NCBI GenBank assembly: GCA_021204175.1
Contig: JAJPZT010000075.1
Coordinates: 35,123-99,122, forward strand
Origin: Clostridiales bacterium
GTDB taxonomy: Bacteria > Bacillota > Clostridia > Lachnospirales > CAG-274
Direction of reading: 5' to 3'
Length of the DNA stretch: 64,000 nt
Shown here: in pieces, positions 30,345-39,485 of the stretch
How positions within the stretch are numbered: the first letter of the stretch is position 1
How the letters are laid out: the number at the start of each line of letters is the position of its first letter
Program-made: the position numbers and the translations under genes
Notes under the pieces: generated by a model
Databases searched by the model: none
Told to the model about the DNA's origin: nothing
What the model saw: the letters and a program-made list of their open reading frames with translations, nothing else

Positions 30345-33300
30345 TTGGGCAGAAAAAATCAGTCGGAAGACAAATATTTTAAAAAACAAAGACGTAAAAA
30401 ACTATGGCACCGTTTGCTTTTGGCAGCCGGTTCCATTGTTGTGTTTATAACCACTTATATGCTTATCCTCCCTGCCATAACCGCTGAGGTGGGCTCAATC
30501 GAGCTTTTCGACGAGTCCCTTTCCTCCGGCAGCGCAGTAACCCCCGTCGAAGACGAAACCTACATTATTATAGAAGAAACTACCGAAGAAACGGTTGAAG
30601 AAACCACCGAGATTATATCTGAAGAAACAACAGAAGACCCGTCTGAAGCCCTTTCCGAAGAAACCTCTGACCAAGCCTTAGAGGAAACTACATCGGGAAC
30701 AAGCTCCGGCGGCACAGATACCTCCGGCGGCGAAACTTCCGAAGAAACTGCCGAAGCTGCCACAGATGAGGTCTCTGAGGAAATAACCGAAGAAGCAGCG
30801 GAGGAAACTACTGAAGAGGAGTTTGTTATAACAGCCGACAGTATGATTTATGCTCTTCTGGGCGAAGCAGGCATAGCTCTCACAAGTGAAGAGGACGGAG
30901 AAGAAGAGGAAGACGACGGCTCAATCGAGCTTACCCTTACCGCCACAGTCAGCGGCAGCAGCTATTATACTGACACATATGGCACTGAAATATCATTCAG
31001 AGGAACGGGAACAAACGACAGCTATAACTGTGAATATGACCCTGACACAGGTAACTTTTCCGTAGACCTTGCTATCGACTTTGTAATGTCAGCTGCGATT
31101 TTGACAAGCGGCAATGTAACCGATTATAACAACGACACTCTTAACGGCAGCTATTACGGAGTTTATTCAATCGATTTACCTGAGGGAATTATAGTTCCCG
31201 ACAATGTTCTTAACAAACGTTACGAAGGCGTTATTTCCGGAACAAGCACCGTACTTTTTGACCTTTATTTTGAGAAATATACAGACGAAACTACCGGAGC
31301 AACTCGCTACAGAGTTTATATGGGCTTTTTAAACAGCCAGATAACAGGTAATGAAGAGACAATCAAAGGTACAATCAGCCTTGAGGGCTACATCAGCTCA
31401 TCCAGCTACAGCGACGGCAGCGTTGTCGTAACGGTAGGCGGTGAAAATGTTATTGAGATTTCACCGGATGAAATAACCTACAGCAGCGGCGAAACCATAG
31501 ACGAGGATATTTACGTTAAAAAATCAGGCTCTTACAACACAACCACAGACGAAAGCGGAAACACTACATCAACAGTCAGCTACACTGTTATGGTTTATAC
31601 CAAAAAGGGTACGGGTGAAACCATAACCCTGACCGACAGCTTTACTACGGAGTTTTCTTCTTCCGTTTTGTCTGACCCTTCAAGCAGCCTTCAAAGCATA
31701 ACCGTAAGCACAGGCACAAACACAGCCTATGTTTACTGGGAGGGCAAAGCAGATAATTTTAATGACAGCGAATTTGTAGAGGATACAGAAAGCCCCATAA
31801 CTCTTACTAATGGCACAGGAAACTACACTTATTATTATGACATCGACGGAAATTTGGTTATTACTCTTCCCGGTCTCAGTGATGTAGACGGCAAAGACGG
31901 ACAGGAAACCATTCTTGGCAGCAGTGACTGGAGATATTCAAAGGAAGATGTTGAGGTTTATTATGTAACCTACACCTATAAGGTAAGCCCTCAATATTCT
32001 GACTCCACTGCCAATAACACCGTTAAGGCTTCAACAGAGGACACAACAGCAGTCGAAACCATAACCGACACCTCCTCTGCTGAGGTTACCGTATCCAAAA
32101 AGACCGCCATTTCAAAAACAGCGGAATATTATACCGAGACAGACAGCGACGGCAATGAAAACGGCTATATAAAATGGACTATTGTAGTGGGCGACGGCTC
32201 AGCCTCTCTTGCAGGCTATACCCTGACGGATACAATGTTCAGCTCCGTCGGAGGAATAGAAGCCCTCAATTATAGTTCATTATATGAAAATGTTCATGTT
32301 TATACCGGCTCTTCAGAAGATGACAGCAACTTTGTTTATCAATACTATCCGGCGAACTGTTTTAGTATTGTAGATGAAAACGGCGTATTAACAGGCATTA
32401 AATTTCTCGAAGATGCCGAAAGTCAATATACAATCGTCTATACAACAGAAGCTTCTTCGTGGGATCAAACATATTTATCCAACACGGCTACCCTTACCCC
32501 CACAGAAAGCACAGACCCCGATGTTACATATACCCACGATTACGGAGATTCGAGCTTGTCGGCAGGCACAGAGGTTACTGTTCCTGCGGCAGGGGGCGAC
32601 ACCCTTGACAAAAAGATAGGCACTCCCGAATTATCCTCTGACGGAAAAACCTATACCTTTCCCTGGACTGTAACCATAACCATTCCCACAGGGGGCATAC
32701 CCGCCGGGTCTGAAATCGAAGACAGCCCCAGCACGGATAACCACTATATGACCTATGACCAGGCTAAGGCTCTGGGTGAGCTTGTTCACGAGGTTTTCGG
32801 CGACAACACCTACGTCTCCGTAACCTTCAGAAACAGCAGCTGGCAGTGGATTCATATAGACAACCTTGACGAAAGCACTTATTATTACGGCTATAAAATA
32901 ACCTTTAATAAAGCTGTAGCCTATGAAACCTATTCACAATATACAAATCTGACCGAAGATAATAAGCAGAGTTTAGGCTTAATTGACAGTTTCACCTACA
33001 CATCGGGCGACACCACTGCAACAGCCTCATATGATCATTATGACAACAAGGTTACTTTAAACTACTACTCCACAGGCTCAATATCCGACAGTCCCGCTTC
33101 AAGAACCTTTTCAAACACAGTCAGCGGCGGCGGCAGCTATAAGTCGGCTTCATACACTTATACAAATAATGTGGTTAAATACGGCTATTATCAGTCTCAC
33201 GGAACTGCCACAAGCCCCTACGCCACAAGCTTTACATCGACTGACGGCGAGGTCTCATGGGTAGTTAAGGTAGTTTTAGATACCTCCAACAACTGTTATA

Positions 33301-36300
33301 CCATAACGGATACTCTGCCCACAGGGGTCACTCTGAAAAAACTTCAGGTTTCAAACAGCGCATCAGATTCCAACAGCAAGTCAACACTGTATGCGGAAAC
33401 AACCACCGTTGATCCCTCTGTTGAAACCACCACAGCTGACCCCTCGACGGAAACAACTACCGCAGACGCCGGAATTTCCGAAGGGGAAACCCTTTCGGGA
33501 ATATATGACGGTGACTTAGATGTTTCCTACACGCTGGGCACAAGCGACAATACCGTTACGGTTTATGCCAATTACGGTGAAAATGCCAATGCAAGCAGCA
33601 TAACCCTTTATCTTTTCTATACCTGTCAGATAGCCGATGACTATCAAGGCGAAAATACTGCTTTTAATAACACTGTAAAAGTAAAAAATACTACTACCGA
33701 CAAAGACTACGGCTCAGGCTCTCAAACCACAACGGTATATTGGGATGTCTCTACGGGAACGGAAACAAAAACCGTCTCAAAGGATGACTATTTCGACACC
33801 AACAACAACAAAATAAAATACGCCATAACCATAGACAATGACAACGGAAACCCGTATACATATACTGTGACAAATGAAGACGGCTCAACAAGTCAGGAAT
33901 ATGACGACGATATGGTGATTTACGACGTCCTTTCCTACAACAGCTACCCCACCTACGGTCTTGTAAGAAGCGCAAGCCTTCAAAGCGACACCCTTAAGGT
34001 ATATGTAGACGACGGAACGCTGACCATAGCCGAAGACAAAACAGTCAGCGGCGGAACAGAGCTTGATTCGTCTCAATACAGCTGGACTCTTGAAAAGGTG
34101 GTCAACACCGGCTATGACGGAACGGAAGCCGTAGTTCAGACAATAAAGGTTACTTTGCCCAATGACGGAAGAAAATATGTTTTAGCATATGCATATAAAA
34201 TATCTATCATTACAGACGAAGTTTGGGCGAATAACTACACCTGGATCGACAACGACGGCACTGACGTAAAGGCTCACGCCACAAACTACGCCTATCTCAC
34301 CGTAAACGGCGAAACCAAAGTAACAACAGACTCAATTGAAACAACGGAATCCTATAACTTTGATTCGGTATCAGCCGAAGGAAGTACGGGTACGGGCTAC
34401 ACAATATATAAGGTTGATAAAGACAATTTCGCCCTGAAGCTTGAGGGAGCAACCTTTGACCTCTATGTTTATAACAAGGACGCTACCCCTGTAGGCTTTG
34501 AAAAGGTAGCAAGCATAACCACCAATTCAAAGGGCACAGCAAGCATTTCCGGCGTTATAAAATATTTGGACACATCTACGGGAACTTATTATGACCAAAA
34601 AGGCGATAACTGGGAACCTTACTACAGAATAACAGACCCCTCAGACAGCTCAAAATACATCTATATTCCCATAAACACACTCTGTTATTTTGTAGAGTCT
34701 GAAGCACCCACAGACTATCAGCTTGACGGAACAAAATATTATTTCTATTACGGCGAAACCATAGCCACTCTTTTAACAAGTGTTACAGGTCACGAATATG
34801 CCACTGACGTAACAGAAGCCGTAAATATTATTTTGGGCAATTCGGAGTATATCACTAACGGCCACACAGTGGATTATTACTCTGAAAAAACAAAAATTTC
34901 CGTTATAAAGTCATGGACGAATAACGAAGAAGACCCTAACGACACATACGAAAAAACCGACGACAGCCTTAACTTCACACTTTACAGAATCCGCAAGGAC
35001 TTAGACGGAAACTATTGGCCTGAAGAAGATGATGAGGACGAAACGTCTACCTCTGAAGGAGCAACGGAAGCCACAACCGAAGTGGTTACAGTAGGAGAAA
35101 TACCTTGGCAAGTAGATTTTCAGTGGAGTACAAATGTTGCTTCAGGAACTGTCGGGTATACAGAAAACACTAATTCATTAAAACTATCTTTATATCATCA
35201 ATATGCAGCTATAAATGAATCTGCCGGATATATATGGTATCCGGGGGTAACAATAACTGACGGAAACAGTAATGTTTTAGTAGAATATACTGGGTCGTCT
35301 TATGGTGAGGGTACGCTTGTAAGCGGCAATGGTTCTTGGACGGGTTCAACGACCAGTGCTGTAGGAGGTACATTTACAGCCACGATTAACCTAACAGATT
35401 CTGTTAAAGAAAAAGGCTTGATAATTAAACTTACCGATACTAACAATAGCGACACAGAAATATCTGTTTCTTTTGCTCTGTCAAGTGCTTCTGCCACAAC
35501 CACCACAGAAGCGGCTTCCGAGGCCTCTACCGAAGAAGTTTCAGAAGTCTCAACGGAAACCACCACCACAGTCCTCTATGCTCACGTTTTCCAAGACGAC
35601 GTAATAGAGACCACCACAGACGAACAGGGTAACTCCGAGGTGGTGGGGCACACCTTTAATAACGATTATAAGGATTATGAAAAGATAACCGATTCAAGTG
35701 AAAACTTCTTCAAATTCTACGGGGCTTTGACCGACACAAACGGCTCACAAACCTACAACGCTTACAAAGCCAACACAGCCACGCTGCTGACCAGATCCTT
35801 CAAGATGCAGACCAACGTAGACAGCGTCGTGGGCTCAGGCTCAACGACGATTGAATTCACTTCTCAATTGGGCGGTGTGCTGACTATGGTTTTCACAGAT
35901 AAAACCGACACCAACGCAGTAATTATTAACAGCTCCGACGGAACATCTCTAAACAAAACGGCGTCTAACTATAAGCTTCAGTGTCACCTTGACGCAGGCA
36001 GCTACACCATAAAAAAGAGTACATCCTCTTATGTAGTTTACATCTCCTTTGAAGAAGGAGCAGGGGATACATCCTCAGACGGCAACTCCGAGATTTTGAA
36101 CTTCAACGACGGCACAAAAGCCAACGACTTCTTTACTGTCAGCGGCTCCACAACCAGCAGCTACGGCGAGGTTACATATGTAAACTACTACGACACAAGC
36201 TTTACAAGTGCGACAGCTCTGAAAATGGGTTCTTCCTCGTCAATTACCTTTGAAAGCGCAAACGCAGGCACTCTCTATATGGTTTTCACAAACCCCAAGA

Positions 36301-38951
36301 AGGCTGCCTCCGTAGGCGCAAGTATCGACGGTAACGAACACAAGGCGTCAATCACCGACACAACCACCACAGACGGCGAGTATTATATATATGTGCTTTC
36401 CACATACATTGAAGCCGGCAGCCACACAATTAAGAGAATAGGCTCTACCGAATACCTTCTTTATTACATTCAGTTTGTTCCCGACGATTTCGGAAGCGGC
36501 GAGTGGAAGGAGCTTAACACTGACATAACCTCTATTGGCAAGAAAGTCAGCACCTTTACAATAAGCTACGCTTCAAACTGGCGGTGGACCTCAGAAAGTC
36601 TGCCAAGCCAGTGGATTAATGAAGAAACAGGCGAGGTTTTAGGCTACTACGAATATTACGTAGTTGAAGAAAGCCGCTATGACCCTCAGGACTCTTCAAA
36701 ACAGTGCTTCTATACCCTTTATATGAATAATGAGGGTATCGTCTCAGGCTCAATTAAGGTTTCAAACCGTATTAACCCCACTACAAGCGGCGTTGTGAGC
36801 CTTGACGTAAACAAGGTTTGGTATCAGGACGGAAAACAGCTGACATCACCGACAATTGACGACTACTCCGTTTCCTACACACTTTACAGAAAGGTCGTTC
36901 TTCTTTCCTCAACCGATCAGGACACAGGCGGAACTTATTCGGTGAACTTCGACAACAACATTTCCACCTTCTTCACCACAACGGGCACAACCCAGTCCGG
37001 CTCTTCAACCATAGGCACAGGCAACTACGGCGGCACGTCATACTCAACCACTCTTGCTTTTGACAGCACTTCAAGTACAGCCCCAAGCATAGCCTTTGAC
37101 ACCTTAGCCGACAGCGGCGTCCTGACCCTTGTTTTCAGTACGTACCTTCCGCCGGATGTCTATAACTCAAGCTCAAGCTATACCTCCGGCACTACAAACT
37201 ATGTCACCGCCGACGGAACTAACTATTATGCTATTTCTGATGACAGCGGCACTTTGAACAATACATTATATGTTGTTGACAGTTCTTCCTCAAGTGGTTA
37301 TAAGGAATGGGACGGCTCCGGTACATCTATAACCTATTATGCATTCTTTAACGAGAATTTGCAGGTTGATGAAAAGTATACAAGTGATACGAGCTGGAAT
37401 GATGATGATTTTACTTATACAGGCGACACAGACGATACAAGTAAGTTAGTACAGATTTATCAGTATACTGCAAATTCAATAGATGCTACTATGTATCGTC
37501 AAACTGATGCAAATAAGTTCGACAGAAGTAACGGTAACGGAAAAACCTATACTCTTGCAAGAACAAACAGTAACAGCAGTACTACTGATCCTAACAATTT
37601 TACAAGAATAAGAAATAATACATTAACCACAACCGTTGACGAAAAAACCGTAACCGGCGATGGAAAGTGTATAAATCTCTACAGAAGTACTGATGGCGGA
37701 AAAAGCTTCGTATCTATGGAGGGATATACTATAGACGAGGTTAAGGATCAGGAAACGGAAATTAACAACAGCCGTGCCTACTACATAAAGTCAGGCGACA
37801 GCTACATCCAAACCGACGGCAAATTCTACACCCTTCAGCAGTACAACACTGTGGGCTACGCCTTTACCCTGACTGTCCCCGGAGAAACATCAACTGTTTA
37901 TCAGTATGTTTATAACCCGGACACCGAAACCCTGACCATAACCGCAGGCGGCTCGGAGGTTTACAGCGGTTCAATTTCAGACTGCCCCGCAGCTTATCTC
38001 ACAAGCCTTGACATAGACGAAGACAACAACACTGTGGTCTTTGAAATTCCTCTAAGTGTCTACACGGGAGACTACTCAAGCGGCTATAAGGTGGGCTGTG
38101 TAAGCTCGGCTCTCTGTTATCTCTATTATGCCGAATATTTCTATAAGTATAATGACGCTAAAACCGGTATTGCCGTAGGCACAGGCACACTTGACGCCTC
38201 TAACGACTGGTCTGAAGAGTGGAGCAGTCTTACCTACCCCGTTTATGACGCAGAGGGCAACGGCACAATTATAGGCTATTATTCCTATTACATTGTGGAA
38301 ACCTCAGCCGACGGCGAAACGGGAACAACCTATTCGCCCACATATTCAGTCACTATGTATACTCAGGCTCTTGATTCTGACCTTGCTGACCTTGCGGAGA
38401 CGTATAAAGCGACGCTTACTCCTGATGAGAACACTTCAGCAGGAACAACGGCTTACTATAATAGTGATAGTGAACTTATTTATACTGAAACGGCAACAAC
38501 TGACGGCGAGGGTGTTACAACCTACACATATACGGCTTCAAGCGGTGAAACAATTTCGGATATTACAACATATCTTCTTAATTTGTATCTCGAAACTCTT
38601 GAAACCGATAAAGATTCCGAGGGCAATATTACCTATTGCAATACAACCCGTGATCCTAACGATAACTCTGTAATAAGCTCGCAGACGGTTTTGTATTATC
38701 AAGTCTCTGACGGAAACTATTATATCGTTTCATCTGTCAATGACGGCACAAGCTTAACGGCTGCTACCGCAGAAGCCGCTAAAATCAGCAGCTTCACAAT
38801 CACCAACACGGTGGAGGTTCAGGACGTTGTTCTGCCCTCAAGCGGCGGAGACGGCGGATTTAAGTATATTTTAGCAGGAACGCTCACAAGCCTTGGGGCG
38901 ATTCTGCTTCTATATAAATGCAGGAAAGGTTTGAGCACAAACTCCCGATGA
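30345..38951 (+). CDS. giant (2868 aa) sortase-anchored surface adhesin, pilus tip-adhesin candidate
   Basis: Has a basic N-terminus plus TM signal and an E/T-rich acidic linker. Repeated Cna-A-like K...W.I.V modules are present. SpaA/Cna-B-like modules occur (GATFDLYVY...YFVESEAPTDYQL; KISVIKSW...; LDVNKVW...). The C-terminal sorting signal is LPSSG (38832-38846) plus a hydrophobic helix plus KCRKG. Confidence 0.85.
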   Translation: MGRKNQSEDKYFKKQRRKKLWHRLLLAAGSIVVFITTYMLILPAITAEVGSIELFDESLSSGSAVTPVEDETYIIIEETTEETVEETTEIISEETTEDPSEALSEETSDQALEETTSGTSSGGTDTSGGETSEETAEAATDEVSEEITEEAAEETTEEEFVITADSMIYALLGEAGIALTSEEDGEEEEDDGSIELTLTATVSGSSYYTDTYGTEISFRGTGTNDSYNCEYDPDTGNFSVDLAIDFVMSAAILTSGNVTDYNNDTLNGSYYGVYSIDLPEGIIVPDNVLNKRYEGVISGTSTVLFDLYFEKYTDETTGATRYRVYMGFLNSQITGNEETIKGTISLEGYISSSSYSDGSVVVTVGGENVIEISPDEITYSSGETIDEDIYVKKSGSYNTTTDESGNTTSTVSYTVMVYTKKGTGETITLTDSFTTEFSSSVLSDPSSSLQSITVSTGTNTAYVYWEGKADNFNDSEFVEDTESPITLTNGTGNYTYYYDIDGNLVITLPGLSDVDGKDGQETILGSSDWRYSKEDVEVYYVTYTYKVSPQYSDSTANNTVKASTEDTTAVETITDTSSAEVTVSKKTAISKTAEYYTETDSDGNENGYIKWTIVVGDGSASLAGYTLTDTMFSSVGGIEALNYSSLYENVHVYTGSSEDDSNFVYQYYPANCFSIVDENGVLTGIKFLEDAESQYTIVYTTEASSWDQTYLSNTATLTPTESTDPDVTYTHDYGDSSLSAGTEVTVPAAGGDTLDKKIGTPELSSDGKTYTFPWTVTITIPTGGIPAGSEIEDSPSTDNHYMTYDQAKALGELVHEVFGDNTYVSVTFRNSSWQWIHIDNLDESTYYYGYKITFNKAVAYETYSQYTNLTEDNKQSLGLIDSFTYTSGDTTATASYDHYDNKVTLNYYSTGSISDSPASRTFSNTVSGGGSYKSASYTYTNNVVKYGYYQSHGTATSPYATSFTSTDGEVSWVVKVVLDTSNNCYTITDTLPTGVTLKKLQVSNSASDSNSKSTLYAETTTVDPSVETTTADPSTETTTADAGISEGETLSGIYDGDLDVSYTLGTSDNTVTVYANYGENANASSITLYLFYTCQIADDYQGENTAFNNTVKVKNTTTDKDYGSGSQTTTVYWDVSTGTETKTVSKDDYFDTNNNKIKYAITIDNDNGNPYTYTVTNEDGSTSQEYDDDMVIYDVLSYNSYPTYGLVRSASLQSDTLKVYVDDGTLTIAEDKTVSGGTELDSSQYSWTLEKVVNTGYDGTEAVVQTIKVTLPNDGRKYVLAYAYKISIITDEVWANNYTWIDNDGTDVKAHATNYAYLTVNGETKVTTDSIETTESYNFDSVSAEGSTGTGYTIYKVDKDNFALKLEGATFDLYVYNKDATPVGFEKVASITTNSKGTASISGVIKYLDTSTGTYYDQKGDNWEPYYRITDPSDSSKYIYIPINTLCYFVESEAPTDYQLDGTKYYFYYGETIATLLTSVTGHEYATDVTEAVNIILGNSEYITNGHTVDYYSEKTKISVIKSWTNNEEDPNDTYEKTDDSLNFTLYRIRKDLDGNYWPEEDDEDETSTSEGATEATTEVVTVGEIPWQVDFQWSTNVASGTVGYTENTNSLKLSLYHQYAAINESAGYIWYPGVTITDGNSNVLVEYTGSSYGEGTLVSGNGSWTGSTTSAVGGTFTATINLTDSVKEKGLIIKLTDTNNSDTEISVSFALSSASATTTTEAASEASTEEVSEVSTETTTTVLYAHVFQDDVIETTTDEQGNSEVVGHTFNNDYKDYEKITDSSENFFKFYGALTDTNGSQTYNAYKANTATLLTRSFKMQTNVDSVVGSGSTTIEFTSQLGGVLTMVFTDKTDTNAVIINSSDGTSLNKTASNYKLQCHLDAGSYTIKKSTSSYVVYISFEEGAGDTSSDGNSEILNFNDGTKANDFFTVSGSTTSSYGEVTYVNYYDTSFTSATALKMGSSSSITFESANAGTLYMVFTNPKKAASVGASIDGNEHKASITDTTTTDGEYYIYVLSTYIEAGSHTIKRIGSTEYLLYYIQFVPDDFGSGEWKELNTDITSIGKKVSTFTISYASNWRWTSESLPSQWINEETGEVLGYYEYYVVEESRYDPQDSSKQCFYTLYMNNEGIVSGSIKVSNRINPTTSGVVSLDVNKVWYQDGKQLTSPTIDDYSVSYTLYRKVVLLSSTDQDTGGTYSVNFDNNISTFFTTTGTTQSGSSTIGTGNYGGTSYSTTLAFDSTSSTAPSIAFDTLADSGVLTLVFSTYLPPDVYNSSSSYTSGTTNYVTADGTNYYAISDDSGTLNNTLYVVDSSSSSGYKEWDGSGTSITYYAFFNENLQVDEKYTSDTSWNDDDFTYTGDTDDTSKLVQIYQYTANSIDATMYRQTDANKFDRSNGNGKTYTLARTNSNSSTTDPNNFTRIRNNTLTTTVDEKTVTGDGKCINLYRSTDGGKSFVSMEGYTIDEVKDQETEINNSRAYYIKSGDSYIQTDGKFYTLQQYNTVGYAFTLTVPGETSTVYQYVYNPDTETLTITAGGSEVYSGSISDCPAAYLTSLDIDEDNNTVVFEIPLSVYTGDYSSGYKVGCVSSALCYLYYAEYFYKYNDAKTGIAVGTGTLDASNDWSEEWSSLTYPVYDAEGNGTIIGYYSYYIVETSADGETGTTYSPTYSVTMYTQALDSDLADLAETYKATLTPDENTSAGTTAYYNSDSELIYTETATTDGEGVTTYTYTASSGETISDITTYLLNLYLETLETDKDSEGNITYCNTTRDPNDNSVISSQTVLYYQVSDGNYYIVSSVNDGTSLTAATAEAAKISSFTITNTVEVQDVVLPSSGGDGGFKYILAGTLTSLGAILLLYKCRKGLSTNSR

Positions 38952-39095
38952 TGGGGCAGAGCTTAAGCAGAGCCTATGTGCTCAGACTGTGTAAATAAAA
39001 TTAAGGGAGATTTTAAAGACGAAGGGGAGAAACGGTCTTTTATATATAATCCCACGAAAGGAGTGATGTTTAGAAAAAGAGGATTAAATGTCAAT

Positions 39096-39189
39096 CGCTG
39101 AAAACATTAGTTTTCAGCGAAAGAGGAGGGTCAACGGAGTGCAGTCTTGCTTTGGCGTTTACGCCGAAGCAAACGAACGAAGTTTGACC
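39096..39189 (+). repeat. intergenic structured repeat, family A, copy 2
   Basis: CGCTGAAAAC-ATTA-GTTTTCAGCG hairpin, a TGCTTTGGCG-TTTA-CGCCGAAGCA hairpin, and an AAGTTTGACC tail. Aligns with copies 1 and 3. Confidence 0.75.
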
Positions 39190-39196
39190 CGACGAG

Positions 39197-39283
39197 CATC
39201 CCCTTTTAAGGGGAGGGGGACCGCCCATACTGATTTTTTGTAAAAAAATCAGTACAGGCGGTGGTGGGGTATGTTCCATTTGA
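39197..39283 (+). repeat. intergenic structured repeat, family B, degenerate copy fused to family A copy 2
   Basis: CATCCCCTTTTAAGGGGAGG, a long hairpin ACCGCCCATACTGATTTTTT-GT-AAAAAAATCAGTACAGGCGGT, and a GGGGTATGTTCCATTTG tail. Confidence 0.65.
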
Positions 39284-39405
39284 AGCTACTAATTGAAGCT
39301 ACTAAGTCTTTGTAAATGGAACACAGTAATTGTGCAAACTCGGCAATATCAAGTAAAAAATCGAATAGATGGGAAACAACTCACACACAAATAACGACAA
39401 TTTGT

Positions 39406-39415
39406 GGGGGGGGGG
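39406..39415 (+). repeat. G10 homopolymer in the pilin-1 leader
   Basis: Counted directly. It lies 70 nt upstream of ATG 39486. Confidence 0.8.
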
Positions 39416-39485
39416 TAGATTTAGCCGGCCCGTATTAATCGGAAGCGTTTATCAACCTCCACAACTAAGAAAGGATGGTACTTTT

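Noticed and set aside
30560-30763. Antisense ORFs in the acidic E/T/S-rich regions (30560..30763, 35300..35569 and 45115..45498). I also considered whether these DNA stretches are tandem repeats.
   Set aside because: They are low-complexity coding regions for Glu/Thr/Ser linkers of surface proteins. I could find no exact nucleotide repeat unit, and the antisense frames stay open only because of the compositional bias.
38952-39095. A short ORF (MFRKRGLNVNR) behind a GGAGTG sequence downstream of the adhesin stop.
   Set aside because: It is only 11 codons long, and it runs into the family A repeat hairpin. There is no supporting feature.
39091-39279. A 62-aa minus-strand ORF. Similar ORFs occur at 43241..43471, 43279..43530, 43464..43679, 46552..46872 and 46615..46890.
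   Set aside because: All lie entirely within the palindromic family A/B repeats, lack an SD, overlap one another in several frames, and encode low-complexity repeat translations (PLKRG, PLKGE and similar). They are artefacts of translating structured repeats.
39369-39485. The ORF track extends pilin 1 by 39 N-terminal residues (MGNNSHTNNDNLWGGGRFS...).
   Set aside because: The extension has no SD, runs through the G10 tract, and precedes a canonical signal peptide that starts at ATG 39486 behind AAAGGATGG. I treat it as leader or uORF, not as part of the pilin.
39284-39485. Whether a c-di-GMP (GEMM-I/II) riboswitch lies in the pilin or adhesin leaders, or in the Big_2 leader (49206-49456).
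   Set aside because: Only short chance-level resemblances were found (for example ACAGGGC and CAAAGCC in the Big_2 leader). I could not reproduce the conserved helices or the GNRA-receptor arrangement by eye. The question is left as a cmscan check rather than a claim.
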